64,000 bases of DNA from assembly GCA_002070505.1 (NCBI GenBank), contig MWDJ01000005.1, positions 73,627 to 137,626 on the forward strand. The letters run 5' to 3'. Under the pieces are notes generated by a model. It ran no database searches. It saw only the letters and a list, made by a program, of their open reading frames with translations, and was not told the origin of the DNA. Each line of letters begins with the position of its first letter. The first letter of the stretch is position 1. Made by a program: the position numbers and the translations under genes. Below are positions 29,208 to 39,360 of this stretch, piece by piece. This stretch comes from Bacteroidetes bacterium ADurb.Bin145 (GTDB lineage: Bacteria > Bacteroidota > Bacteroidia > Bacteroidales > VadinHA17).

Positions 29208-31934
29208 TTATTTTCCGAATTTGATCGAAGCCTGAGCTGCAGCCAGTCTGGCAATGGGAACCCTGAAGGGTGAACAACTCACATATGTGAGTCCTGATTT
29301 GAAACAGAACTCTACTGATGCAGGATCACCGCCCTGTTCGCCACAGATACCAACCTTAAGATCGGGTCTGGTTGCACGGCCTTTCTGAACTGCCATAGTA
29401 ATGAGCTGTCCGACTCCGTCAATATCTATTGTCTGAAAAGGATCTGAAGCTAACATTTTCTTGTCCAGGTAATCATTCAGAAAGCCGCCGATGTCATCAC
29501 GGCTGAACCCGAATGTCATCTGGGTAAGATCATTGGTCCCGAAAGAGAAGAATTCCGCGTTCTTTGCCATACGGTCGGCAAGAAGGGTGGCACGTGGGAT
29601 CTCTATCATTGTACCATATTTATAATCAATTTTTTTGACTCCGAATTTATTGCAGACTTCTTCATAAACTTTGTCCACAACTTTCTTTGTTACATCCAGC
29701 TCTGATACGTCGCAGGTTACTGGCACCATCAGTTCAGGGTGAGGTTTCTTACCTTCCTTAATAAGTTCCATTGTTGCTTCGAACATGGCCCTTACCTGCA
29801 TTTCAGTTACTTCAGGATAGGTTATTCCAAGACGAACACCTCTGTGTCCCATCATCGGGTTTGATTCGTGAAGAGCCTCACCTCTTTTTGCAACATCCTC
29901 TTTCTTAATACCAAGGGCTTTGGCAAGTTCTTCCTGTTTGTCTGGACTCTGAGGAACGAATTCATGAAGCGGAGGATCAAGAAGCCTGAATGTCACGGGC
30001 AATCCGTCCATAGCTTCAAGGGTTGCCTTCATATCTTTCTTTACAAAACCTGAGAGTTCATTAAGAGCTTTGCGCCTTTCGGTTTCATTTGCGCTAAGTA
30101 TCATTTTCCTTAAGAGGAACAGAGGCTGCTCAGATCCTTTACCGTAAAACATATGCTCTGTTCTGAAGAGGCCTATTCCTTCAGCTCCGAAATCACGGGC
30201 AACTTTTGCATCAGCGGGGGTATCAGCATTTGTGCGGACTCCCATTTTCCGGAACTTATCCACAAGCTTCATAAATTCCCTGAACCTCGGGTTCTCGGAA
30301 GCATCCATAAGGGCTAATGCTCCTGAATATACATTTCCTTTTGTCCCGTTAAGAGTCAGTACATCACCCTCTTTAATAACAATATTTGAACCTGTTACTT
30401 TGGCGGTTTTTGAAGAAGCGTCAACATGAAGAGCACCTGCTCCGACAATACAGCATTTACCCCAACCGCGGGCAACAAGTGCTGCGTGTGATGTCATTCC
30501 GCCACGTGCAGTAAGAATCCCCTGGGCTGCACGCATCCCCTCAACATCCTCAGGATTTGTTTCCTCGCGAAGCAATATTACTTTTTCTCCTTTTCTGAAC
30601 CAAGCAACTGCATCTTCTGCTGTGAAAACGACTTTTCCAACAGCTGCTCCCGGTCCTGCCGGTAATCCTTTAACGACAGTCTTAACTTTCTTTTCAGCGT
30701 CAGGATTGCAAATTGGGTGCAGGAGTTCATCAAGCTGCGCAGGATCAACCCTCAGAACTGCAGTTTTTTCATCTATGAGTTTTTCATGAAGCATATCCAT
30801 AGCCATGTTCAGAGCGGCAGTCCCGGTTCTTTTTCCGGCGCGGCACTGAAGCATATATAGTACGCTTTCCTGTATTGTGAATTCTATGTCAAGCATATCG
30901 TGAAATGATTTCTCCAGTATTTCACGTATTTTTACCAGTTCTTTATATGTCTGAGGCATAGCTTCTTCCATGCTTGGAAGATGCTTGTTCTGTTCATTTT
31001 TTGTTTCATTATTCAGAGGACTCGGTGTGCGTATACCAGCCACTACATCCTCTCCCTGTGCATTTACAAGCCATTCTCCATAGAAAAGATTCTCACCGGT
31101 CGCAGGATTACGTGTAAATGCAACACCTGTTGCGGAAGTATCGCCCATGTTACCGAATACCATTGCCTGGACGTTCACTGCGGTTCCCCAGTCATCAGGT
31201 ATACCTTCAATACGGCGATAGGAGACCGCTTTCTTCCCGTTCCAGCTCTTGAATACTGCTTTGATCCCACCTTCAAGCTGTTCTTTTGCATCATCAGGGA
31301 AAGGCTTGCCAAGTACCTGCTTTACTATAACTTTAAATTCTTCAGCAAGGTTTTTAAGTTCGTCAGCTGTGATCTCAGTATCTGATTTATAACCCTTTTC
31401 CTTTTTGAAACTATCGAGCTTCTCGTCAAGCTGCTTCCTTATACCTTTTCCTTCTGCAGGTTCTATACCCTCAGCTTTTTCCATAACAACATCAGCGTAC
31501 ATCATGATGAGCCTCCGGTATGAATCCCATACAAATCTTGGATTATTGGTCTTTTTCAAAAATCCCGGAATGGTAGCTGAACAAAGTCCTATATTAAGAA
31601 CGGTATCCATCATACCCGGCATTGATTTCCTTGCACCTGACCGGCATGAAACAAGCAGGGCGTTGTCAGGATCCCCATACTTCATCTTCATTGTATCTTC
31701 AGTCTTTTTCATAGCTGCCCATACTTCAGGCATAAGATCAGGATGAAGAGTGCAGTCGTTTGTGTAGTATTCATTACATGCTTCAGTTGTAATTGTGAAT
31801 CCTGCCGGTACAGGCAGTCCCAGAAGGCACATCTCTGCAAGGTTTGCTCCTTTACCTCCCAGGAGGTTCTTCATATCAGCTTTACCCTCTGCAGTCTTGT
31901 TGCCAAAGGTGTAGACTCTTTTAATTTTTGACAT
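29208..31934 (-). CDS. ppdK: pyruvate, phosphate dikinase
   Basis: 908 aa. Motifs GGKGANLAEM, the phosphohistidine motif GGMTSHAALVARGWG, and a C-terminal PEP-utilising domain with GICGEQGGDP. Confidence 0.92.
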   Translation of the reverse strand: MSKIKRVYTFGNKTAEGKADMKNLLGGKGANLAEMCLLGLPVPAGFTITTEACNEYYTNDCTLHPDLMPEVWAAMKKTEDTMKMKYGDPDNALLVSCRSGARKSMPGMMDTVLNIGLCSATIPGFLKKTNNPRFVWDSYRRLIMMYADVVMEKAEGIEPAEGKGIRKQLDEKLDSFKKEKGYKSDTEITADELKNLAEEFKVIVKQVLGKPFPDDAKEQLEGGIKAVFKSWNGKKAVSYRRIEGIPDDWGTAVNVQAMVFGNMGDTSATGVAFTRNPATGENLFYGEWLVNAQGEDVVAGIRTPSPLNNETKNEQNKHLPSMEEAMPQTYKELVKIREILEKSFHDMLDIEFTIQESVLYMLQCRAGKRTGTAALNMAMDMLHEKLIDEKTAVLRVDPAQLDELLHPICNPDAEKKVKTVVKGLPAGPGAAVGKVVFTAEDAVAWFRKGEKVILLREETNPEDVEGMRAAQGILTARGGMTSHAALVARGWGKCCIVGAGALHVDASSKTAKVTGSNIVIKEGDVLTLNGTKGNVYSGALALMDASENPRFREFMKLVDKFRKMGVRTNADTPADAKVARDFGAEGIGLFRTEHMFYGKGSEQPLFLLRKMILSANETERRKALNELSGFVKKDMKATLEAMDGLPVTFRLLDPPLHEFVPQSPDKQEELAKALGIKKEDVAKRGEALHESNPMMGHRGVRLGITYPEVTEMQVRAMFEATMELIKEGKKPHPELMVPVTCDVSELDVTKKVVDKVYEEVCNKFGVKKIDYKYGTMIEIPRATLLADRMAKNAEFFSFGTNDLTQMTFGFSRDDIGGFLNDYLDKKMLASDPFQTIDIDGVGQLITMAVQKGRATRPDLKVGICGEQGGDPASVEFCFKSGLTYVSCSPFRVPIARLAAAQASIKFGK

Positions 31935-31982
31935 AATGTTATAGTTTATTGATAATTAATGATTGATTTTTAAAATAAGTGG

Positions 31983-31990
31983 CAAAGTTA
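31983..31990 (-). promoter_or_regulatory. -7 promoter box TAACTTTG upstream of ppdK
   Basis: The minus strand reads TAACTTTG (TAnnTTTG), about 49 nt upstream of the ppdK ATG. Confidence 0.4.
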
Positions 31991-32030
31991 ATAGAAAAAT
32001 CGAATTTCCGAAAACGATGTAAAATCTGTC

Positions 32031-32930
32031 TCAGGCTCTCGGATGAAACATCAGAAGCGTGTCGCGCAGGAAGCTCCTGTCGATATGTGTATAGATCTCC
32101 GTTGTCAAAATTGATTCGTGACCCAGCATTTCCTGCACAGCCCTGAGATCTGCTCCGCCTTCAATAAGGTGAGTTGCAAAAGAATGGCGGAATGTATGGG
32201 GACTGATCTTTTTTCTAATGCCGGCTCTTGACGCGAGATTTTTTATTATCGTGAAAATCATGGCTCTTGTAAGTCTTCTTCCCCTGCGGTTAAGGAATAC
32301 AATGTTCTCGTCATAGATAACCGGCAGTCTGTTCCTGAGTGTTTTGTAGTTATCAATTTCTTTCAGCGCTTTGTTGCTTATAGGTACAAGTCTTTGCTTG
32401 TTACCTTTGCCGGTCACAGTCACAAATCCTTCACCTGAATGGATATCTGTAAACCTCAGGTTAACGAGCTCAGAAACTCTGAGACCGCAACCATAGAGTG
32501 TCTCAATAATTGCTTTATTCCTGTGCCCGTCAGGTTTGCTCAGATCAATGGCGGAGATAATCCTGTCAATTTCCTCTACTGACAGAACCTCCGGAAGCTT
32601 GAGACCGATCCTGGGTGATTCCAGAAGTGTTGACGGATTTTCATTTATTTCATTTTCGATGAGAAGAAACCTGAAGAATGCTCTTATACCTGAGATTACT
32701 CTCGATTGTGTCCTGGCATTATCGTTATTTTTACTGAACCACAACAGGAAATCCCTTAGGTCCTGATAAGATACAGATCCTGGCATCATTCCGCTGTTCC
32801 CGGAGTTAAAATAACTCTCAAGTTTCATAACATCATCAGAATAGGCTTCAATACTGTTCTCCGACAGTGATTTCTCAAGCCGCAGATAAGTCCTGAAATC
32901 CTTTAGTGCCTGCTGCCAGGTAAGACTCAT
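32031..32930 (-). CDS. xerD: tyrosine site-specific recombinase XerD
   Basis: Motifs LYGCGLRVSEL and HTFRHSFATHLIEGGADLRAVQEMLGHESILTTEIYTH. 299 aa, with a SAM-like N-terminal domain. Confidence 0.85.
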   Translation of the reverse strand: MSLTWQQALKDFRTYLRLEKSLSENSIEAYSDDVMKLESYFNSGNSGMMPGSVSYQDLRDFLLWFSKNNDNARTQSRVISGIRAFFRFLLIENEINENPSTLLESPRIGLKLPEVLSVEEIDRIISAIDLSKPDGHRNKAIIETLYGCGLRVSELVNLRFTDIHSGEGFVTVTGKGNKQRLVPISNKALKEIDNYKTLRNRLPVIYDENIVFLNRRGRRLTRAMIFTIIKNLASRAGIRKKISPHTFRHSFATHLIEGGADLRAVQEMLGHESILTTEIYTHIDRSFLRDTLLMFHPRA

Positions 32931-33049
32931 GCGTAAAGGTCTTATATTAAAACTTCAATGCAAAGTAAAACAAACGAAAGAATCTGTTATTAGTACGGGC
33001 ATAATTATTTTAGCTATTTTTACAGGTTGTAAAATATCTTCTGCCATAA

Positions 33050-33481
33050 ATGAATATCAATATTATTAATGGGCCAAACCTTAATCTTCTGGGTAAGAGA
33101 GAACCTGAAAAATACGGGAAAATTTCCTTTGATGATTTCCTCGAATCTCTCAGGAAGAGGTATCCTTCAGTGAACTTTGAATATTTTCATTCTAATGTTG
33201 AAGGAGAAATTATTAATGAGATCCACCGGATTGGTTTTAATTCCGACGGGATAATTCTTAATGCAGGAGGATATACTCACACATCTGTTGCAATAGCTGA
33301 TGCTGTTGCCGCAATAAAAGCTCCCGTTATCGAAGTGCATATTACAAATATTCTGGCCAGGGAGGAGTTCAGGAGAACGAGCCTCTTAGCACGCAGCTGC
33401 AAGGGAACAATATCAGGTTTCGGACTGGATAGTTACAGGCTGGCAGTGGAAGCATTTATTTTAGGGAAGGAAAATCAGTGA
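33050..33481 (+). CDS. aroQ: type II 3-dehydroquinate dehydratase
   Basis: Motifs INGPNLNLLGKREPEKYG, SNVEGEII, NAGGYTHTSVA and EVHITNI. Confidence 0.9.
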   Translation: MNINIINGPNLNLLGKREPEKYGKISFDDFLESLRKRYPSVNFEYFHSNVEGEIINEIHRIGFNSDGIILNAGGYTHTSVAIADAVAAIKAPVIEVHITNILAREEFRRTSLLARSCKGTISGFGLDSYRLAVEAFILGKENQ

Positions 33482-33485
33482 GATA

Positions 33486-34922
33486 ATGATCAGGAAGAGA
33501 ACAAAGATAGTAGCGACTATCTCGGATAAAAACTGTGAGCAGGAATTTATAAGGGAACTATATAATGCAGGTATGGATGTGGTGAGGATCAATTCTGCAC
33601 ATCTCAAGCCTGAGGGCGCCCTCCGCATCATTAATAATGTCCGCAAAGTATCAGATAAGATTGCGATCATAATAGATACCAAGGGTCCGGAAATCCGTAC
33701 GACAGAGTGTGATGCTCCGATTCATGTGAAAAAAGGCACTCAGCTTAAATTAAAGGGAGATCCGGACAGCAAATCATCCGGTTCAAGGATTTATGTGACC
33801 CTGAAATCATTCTCTGATGATGTTCCTCCGGGATCTCCGGTTATGATTGATGACGGGGATATTGAGCTGAAGGCGATAAGGAAAGAAGGAGATACGCTTA
33901 TCTGCAGAGCTGTTAACGAAGGCATAATAGGATCAAGAAAAAGCGTTAATCTGCCCGGTGTCAAATTAAACCTTCCGTCTGTTTCAGAAAAGGACAGGAT
34001 TTTTATAAAGCTTGCCGCTGAAAACGATGTTGATTTTATTGCACATTCGTTTGTCAGATCAAAACAGGATGTGCTTGATGTCCAGGCTGAGATAAATAAA
34101 TATGATAGCCAGATCAAGATCATTGCAAAGATCGAGAATGAAGAGGGGGTGGAAAATATAGCAGATATTCTGGATGTTGTCTATGGTATTATGGTTGCCA
34201 GGGGTGATCTTGCAATTGAGATACCATACGAGAAAATACCTTCCATCCAGAGAATGATAATACAGCGATGCATTTACTGCAGGAAGCCGGTCATAGTGGC
34301 TACTCAGATGCTTCATTCAATGATGACGAACCCCCGTCCGACAAGGGCAGAAGTGAGTGATATTGCCAATGCAATTTACTCTCAGACCGATGCGATGATG
34401 CTAAGCGGGGAAACAGCAAACGGGAAATACCCTGTCGAAGCAGTAAAAACAATGACCAGGGTAGCTCTCGAAATTGAGAGCAACAAGGAAAAGTTTCTTG
34501 ATACACCGACAGGACACTTACTGGGAGTAGTTTCTTCTTACCTGGCAAAGGTGGCAGTCGAAACTTCACTTAGAATAGCTGCCAAAGGTATTATTGCTGA
34601 TACCAGGCAGGGGAGAACAATTCGTGACATGTCTGCTTACAGGGGTTATAATCTTATTCTGGCTCAATGTTATTCCAGACGGACAATGAGAGAACTTGCT
34701 CTCTCATATGGTGTTTATACCGACTATCAGGATAGTCGCAATTCAATTGATGAATTCATTCATGTTGCACTTAGAAAACTGGCTCCGGCTCATGGTCTGA
34801 AAGGCGATGATATTGTTGTGGTGCTTGCAGGGAATTTTTCCGGCAAAGAAGGATTCTCTTTTATTGAAGTCGGATCTATTCAGTACCTTATGGATCGTGT
34901 AAGCATTAAGGAAGATACCTGA
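33486..34922 (+). CDS. pyk: pyruvate kinase
   Basis: Motifs TKIVATI, MDVVRINSAH, DTKGPEIRT, MVARGDLAIEIP and ATQMLHSM. Confidence 0.9.
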   Translation: MIRKRTKIVATISDKNCEQEFIRELYNAGMDVVRINSAHLKPEGALRIINNVRKVSDKIAIIIDTKGPEIRTTECDAPIHVKKGTQLKLKGDPDSKSSGSRIYVTLKSFSDDVPPGSPVMIDDGDIELKAIRKEGDTLICRAVNEGIIGSRKSVNLPGVKLNLPSVSEKDRIFIKLAAENDVDFIAHSFVRSKQDVLDVQAEINKYDSQIKIIAKIENEEGVENIADILDVVYGIMVARGDLAIEIPYEKIPSIQRMIIQRCIYCRKPVIVATQMLHSMMTNPRPTRAEVSDIANAIYSQTDAMMLSGETANGKYPVEAVKTMTRVALEIESNKEKFLDTPTGHLLGVVSSYLAKVAVETSLRIAAKGIIADTRQGRTIRDMSAYRGYNLILAQCYSRRTMRELALSYGVYTDYQDSRNSIDEFIHVALRKLAPAHGLKGDDIVVVLAGNFSGKEGFSFIEVGSIQYLMDRVSIKEDT

Positions 34923-34968
34923 TTGGTCTGATTTTTGCTGCTTATCTTAGGCCCGAAACAGAAGGATA

Positions 34969-35451
34969 ATGATCAAAACTATCTCAACATTCATTTTGAT
35001 AATTCTGCATCCTGTGCATGTCTCGTTGACATCCATAGATCATGTTCCGGGTACTGATTCCCTGAAAGTGTTTGTAAGGATGTATTTTGATGATTTTCTC
35101 ATTGATTACAGATTGAACTATACTTATGACAGTATCGTGGTAAATTCATCTCAAACCAACAGGTTTCCTGAGGAGCTGATGAGCAAGTACCTGAATGACA
35201 AAATAAACATTTCAGTAAACAATAAACAATTGAAAGGGAAGTTATTAAATATGGTTCTGACAGATAATGAGATAAGCAGTAACCTGTTATTCAAAACAGA
35301 TAAGAACCCCAAATCAATTACTATCAGAAACCAGATAATGACCGATCTGTACAACGATCAGGCTAATATGACGATCGTTCGTGTGAGTGATTTTGAAGAG
35401 GGTGTAAAATTAACACCTGAAAAGAGAGAACAGCTATTCATTTTGAAATAA
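34969..35451 (+). CDS. hypothetical protein (possibly DUF6702-like)
   Basis: 160-aa ORF. The N-terminal hydrophobic segment is followed by HPVHVSLTSIDH, which resembles the HxxHVS start I associate with DUF6702. The family assignment is tentative. Confidence 0.4.
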   Translation: MIKTISTFILIILHPVHVSLTSIDHVPGTDSLKVFVRMYFDDFLIDYRLNYTYDSIVVNSSQTNRFPEELMSKYLNDKINISVNNKQLKGKLLNMVLTDNEISSNLLFKTDKNPKSITIRNQIMTDLYNDQANMTIVRVSDFEEGVKLTPEKREQLFILK

Positions 35452-35472
35452 ATACAGAGGGGAGAAATATTG

Positions 35473-38085
35473 ATGAAGAGACTTGCGCTACTGGTGATAT
35501 TTTTGCTTGATTTTTTTCTTCTCCGGGCTACTCATAACAGGGCAGGGGAGATAACTTATGTTCAGATCTCGGATCTTACATATGAGATCACTGTGACAAC
35601 CTTCACATACACTCTGAGCCTGGCTGACAGACCTGAACTTACTGTGGAATGGGGTGATAACTCGACTTCAGTTGTACAGAGAATTGAAGAATTAAGACTT
35701 CCTAACTATTATAAAAGGAATACATATAAAATAAAGCATACATATCCGGGCCCGGGTATATACACGATAGTCGTTCAGGATCCGAACAGAAATCTCGGAG
35801 TAAGGAATATTCCAAATTCCGTGAACGTTGTTTTTTCAATATCAACAACTCTAATGGTTAATCCTGCAATGGGACTTAACAGCACGCCGGTACTTCTTAA
35901 TCCACCGTATGATAAAGCTGCCCTGGGATATGTATTTATCCATAACCCCGGGGCTTTTGATCCTGATGGAGACAGTATCTCATACTCACTTGATACCTGT
36001 CTTACTGACGACGGGAAGAAAATAAAGAATTACACCTATCCGCCTGCTACAGATACATTGTATGTCGACCCGATTTCAGGTGATCTGATATGGAACACGC
36101 CTGCTGATACCGGTAAATACAATGTAGCAATGTTAGTACAGGAATGGAGGGGAAGGAAAAAGATCGGCTCCATAGTTAGAGATATGCAAATTGAGGTGTA
36201 CCGTACCAACAATAAACCACCCGTTAACGGACCTCTTAAGAATATCTGCCTTGAAGTTGGTCAGACTGCTGACTTTATAATTTCTTCAACTGATGCGAAT
36301 AAGGACGCAATCACTCTTTATGCAAAGTCAGGTATTTTCAGCCTGCAAAAATGCCCTGCTACTTTTACCGGTATTGATTCCGGCCCTGGCTTTAATTCTG
36401 CAAGATTCAGATGGATACCATGCCATGAAGCGGTCCGTAACCAACCTTACTCTATCCTGATCAAATCTGATGACAATAATGAAGAACTCAAGCTCTCAGA
36501 TATAGATAATTTTACAATAAAGGTGCTTGGACCGTCACCTGTACTGATTAATGCTGTCCCGGAGGGCAAATTTATCAGGCTGAAATGGCAGAATTATGGG
36601 ACAAATGTAATATCAGGATTTGCGGTTTACAGAAGAGAAGGTGCCACAACCTTTGTTCCCGATTCATGTACTTCGGGACTGCCTCTTTCAACCGGATTTG
36701 TCAAGGTAGGATATATTGATGGCAGTTCAGCTACCTCATTTCTTGATACCGATAACGGACAGGGATTGGTTTTCGGGAAAGAATATACCTATCGTATAGT
36801 GGCTGTCTACCCCAACGGAACTGAAAGTAAAGCCTCAAACGAGATCACCTCAACTCTTGTGGCCGGGATACCGGTTATACGCAATGTAAGCGTTACAGCC
36901 ACAAGCCAGACAACCGGTTCCATCTATCTGGCCTGGAAAAAGCCTGACAGACTGGATACTATACCAGCGCCTGGTCCTTATGAATACATTATTTACAGGG
37001 CAGAGGGAATAACAGGAACTAATTACCTGCAAATAAAATCTGTGCCAACCACAACCCTCAATGATACCGTCTACGTGGATACTCCATTGAACACTTTAAC
37101 AACTGGTTACATTTACAGGATAGAAGTATGGAACAAGACTCCCGGAAATACTTTCATGATCGGTTCCCAACCAGGCTACGCTTCTTCGCTATACCTTACG
37201 GCAAGCCCCGGAGACAGAAAAGTAAGATTGAATATAAGCAGGAACGTTCCATGGATCAATAATCTATATGAATTCTTCAGATTGAATAAGGCTACAATGA
37301 ATTATGATCTGATAGGGTCAACAAATCAGCTTAATTTTACCGATGCGGGTCTTGTTAACGGAACCGAGTACTGTTATTATGTAAAGTCAACCGGTGGCTA
37401 CCTTGCTGATAATATGCCTAAAAACCTTATCAACCTTTCACAGATCACATGTATGACACCAGTTGATAATGAGCCTCCTTGTACTCCGGTGATTGATGTT
37501 ACAAGTGATTGTGACAGCCTTTTCAACACAGTCAGATGGGTAATCAGAGATCCTTTGTGCTTTGAGGATGTGGCAGGGTATAAGATATACTATAAGATGA
37601 CTTATGACGAAGAACTGCAACTTCTCAAAACAATTAATGATAAAAACACTCTGTCATACAAGCATTATCCGGGAGAAATAGTGGCTGGCTGTTATGCCGT
37701 TTCTGCTTTCGATGCTCTTGGAAATGAAGGTGAAAAATCGACTATGGTATGTGTGGACTCATGTAACTTCTATGAGATACCTAATGTTTTTACTCCTAAC
37801 GGAGATAATTATAATGACAGATTAATAGCCAAGACCTCGGGTCTGGTTGAAAAAGTGGATTTCAAACTGTTCAACCGGGGCGGTATGCTCATTTTCAGGA
37901 CAGAAGAACCAAGGATCGACTGGGATGGCACTTACAAGGGCAGAATTGTATCTCCCGGAGTCTATTTTTATCAATGTGATGTTTTTGAACGTCGCATAAG
38001 CGGTGTTGAACAATTCCATCTTTCAGGTTTTATACATGTTATAACTGAGAAGGATGCTAAGGTGACCCAACAAGAGACAAAATGA
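35473..38085 (+). CDS. large secreted cell-surface protein with T9SS type-B (gliding-motility CHU_C) C-terminal sorting domain
   Basis: ATG at 35473, one codon after a TTG. Signal peptide present. The body is beta-rich Ig/FN3-like. The C-terminus reads YEIPNVFTPNGDNYNDRL...WDGTYKGRIVSPGVYFYQ, characteristic of the type-B T9SS CTD. Confidence 0.75.
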   Translation: MKRLALLVIFLLDFFLLRATHNRAGEITYVQISDLTYEITVTTFTYTLSLADRPELTVEWGDNSTSVVQRIEELRLPNYYKRNTYKIKHTYPGPGIYTIVVQDPNRNLGVRNIPNSVNVVFSISTTLMVNPAMGLNSTPVLLNPPYDKAALGYVFIHNPGAFDPDGDSISYSLDTCLTDDGKKIKNYTYPPATDTLYVDPISGDLIWNTPADTGKYNVAMLVQEWRGRKKIGSIVRDMQIEVYRTNNKPPVNGPLKNICLEVGQTADFIISSTDANKDAITLYAKSGIFSLQKCPATFTGIDSGPGFNSARFRWIPCHEAVRNQPYSILIKSDDNNEELKLSDIDNFTIKVLGPSPVLINAVPEGKFIRLKWQNYGTNVISGFAVYRREGATTFVPDSCTSGLPLSTGFVKVGYIDGSSATSFLDTDNGQGLVFGKEYTYRIVAVYPNGTESKASNEITSTLVAGIPVIRNVSVTATSQTTGSIYLAWKKPDRLDTIPAPGPYEYIIYRAEGITGTNYLQIKSVPTTTLNDTVYVDTPLNTLTTGYIYRIEVWNKTPGNTFMIGSQPGYASSLYLTASPGDRKVRLNISRNVPWINNLYEFFRLNKATMNYDLIGSTNQLNFTDAGLVNGTEYCYYVKSTGGYLADNMPKNLINLSQITCMTPVDNEPPCTPVIDVTSDCDSLFNTVRWVIRDPLCFEDVAGYKIYYKMTYDEELQLLKTINDKNTLSYKHYPGEIVAGCYAVSAFDALGNEGEKSTMVCVDSCNFYEIPNVFTPNGDNYNDRLIAKTSGLVEKVDFKLFNRGGMLIFRTEEPRIDWDGTYKGRIVSPGVYFYQCDVFERRISGVEQFHLSGFIHVITEKDAKVTQQETK

Positions 38086-38103
38086 TTTAGCAGGCATTTG
38101 GAA

Positions 38104-39306
38104 ATGAAGAAAACGATAATAATACTTGCAGCATTCTTTCTGTCCGGCATCCTCAATGGACAAACGCTTACAGACTACCTGATAAAAGCCAGGGCTTTTA
38201 ATAAATCAGGAAAACCTGAAGAGGCTTTCAGATTGTTATCAGAGGCGGCACAGATCTATAACGACAGCCGGCTTTATTGTGAAAAAGCCGAGGCTGAATT
38301 CCTGAAAGGGGACTTTTCAGCTTCAATAGCTGATTTTAATAAAGCTAACAGTATAGAACAATATTCAGGAGAATTCGGGCTGGCACGGGTGTATGCCAAA
38401 AAAGGAGAAGCAGCAACCGCAGTGTATCATCTGGAGATAAGTATGAAATCTTCATTCAAAAAAAGTGAAAAGGAAATAATGCTTGATCCTGCATTCGGTA
38501 AAATAGAAAATACTCCTGAATGGCGTCAGTTCTGGCAGAAACCCTGGTATCCTGAAATTGATACCAGGATCTCTGAAATTGAATATTATACATCTTCAGG
38601 GAAGCTCCGGGATGCGCAGGAGATCCTGTCGGATATCAGAAAAAACTACCAGGGAAACATCAAGGTTGATTATGCTAGTGCTCTTGTAAGCATATCAGCA
38701 GGCAGATATACTGAAGCTTTAAAACCACTTGCTGATCTCTTGAATAGGGAACCTGATAACGAAAAATACTTATCTCTGCTTGCAAGAGCTCAATCAGCAA
38801 CTTCCAACACTGCCGGAGCCTCAGAAACCTATACAAAGCTTCTGAACGTTGGTATTCCTGATGCCGGACTTTATTTAAAAAGGGCTGAATGTTTCAGAAA
38901 AACCGGTGAGACTGAAAAGGCAATGGCCGATATCAAAAAGTACCTTTCGCTGTTCCCTGATGATAAAGATGCCTTAAGCCTTGCCGGCAGGATCGAAGCT
39001 GCTACCGGAGATAACCTTGAAGCACTCAGGTATTTTACAGAGAATATAAGAAAAAATCCTAACGACCCTCAGTGTTATATCGACAGGGCAAATTCATATA
39101 TGGTATCCAAATCCTGGGAATGGGCAGCTAATGATTTCAGCATGTCACTTGACCTCGATCCGGGGAACCCAGACGTATGGCTGAATAAAGGTATCGCCCT
39201 TATAAGCTCAGGGAAGAAAGATGATGCCTGTCATGATTTCCGGCAATCATATAAACTTGGTAATAAGAAAGCTGCAGATTATATAAGTAAATACTGTATA
39301 AGATAA
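38104..39306 (+). CDS. TPR-repeat protein with signal peptide
   Basis: ATG at 38104 (MKKTIIILAAFFLSGILNGQ). Multiple TPR units follow (e.g. AEAEFLKGDFSASIADFNKA, YIDRANSYMVSKSWEWAANDFSMSLDLDP). Confidence 0.7.
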   Translation: MKKTIIILAAFFLSGILNGQTLTDYLIKARAFNKSGKPEEAFRLLSEAAQIYNDSRLYCEKAEAEFLKGDFSASIADFNKANSIEQYSGEFGLARVYAKKGEAATAVYHLEISMKSSFKKSEKEIMLDPAFGKIENTPEWRQFWQKPWYPEIDTRISEIEYYTSSGKLRDAQEILSDIRKNYQGNIKVDYASALVSISAGRYTEALKPLADLLNREPDNEKYLSLLARAQSATSNTAGASETYTKLLNVGIPDAGLYLKRAECFRKTGETEKAMADIKKYLSLFPDDKDALSLAGRIEAATGDNLEALRYFTENIRKNPNDPQCYIDRANSYMVSKSWEWAANDFSMSLDLDPGNPDVWLNKGIALISSGKKDDACHDFRQSYKLGNKKAADYISKYCIR

Positions 39307-39360
39307 ACTCTGACAGGATCTTTCCCGGCTCAGCGGATAATTTTGATTACAATAACATAT

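Noticed and set aside
32031-32930. Tyrosine recombinase, considered as a marker of an integrated mobile element (with tRNA-Ser at 10.1 kb as a possible att site).
   Set aside because: The sequence has the housekeeping XerD signature and sits among core metabolic genes next to aroQ. It is 22 kb from the tRNA. I saw no direct repeat of the tRNA 3' end and no other mobility genes.
35470-35472. TTG/GTG alternative starts listed in the ORF track at 35470, 38098, 53564, 18327 and 9904.
   Set aside because: In each case an ATG one to 14 codons downstream gives a canonical signal peptide, TM or Tat N-terminus, so I used the ATG. The GTG starts at 1895 and 20978 were kept because no better ATG exists and the N-termini look native.
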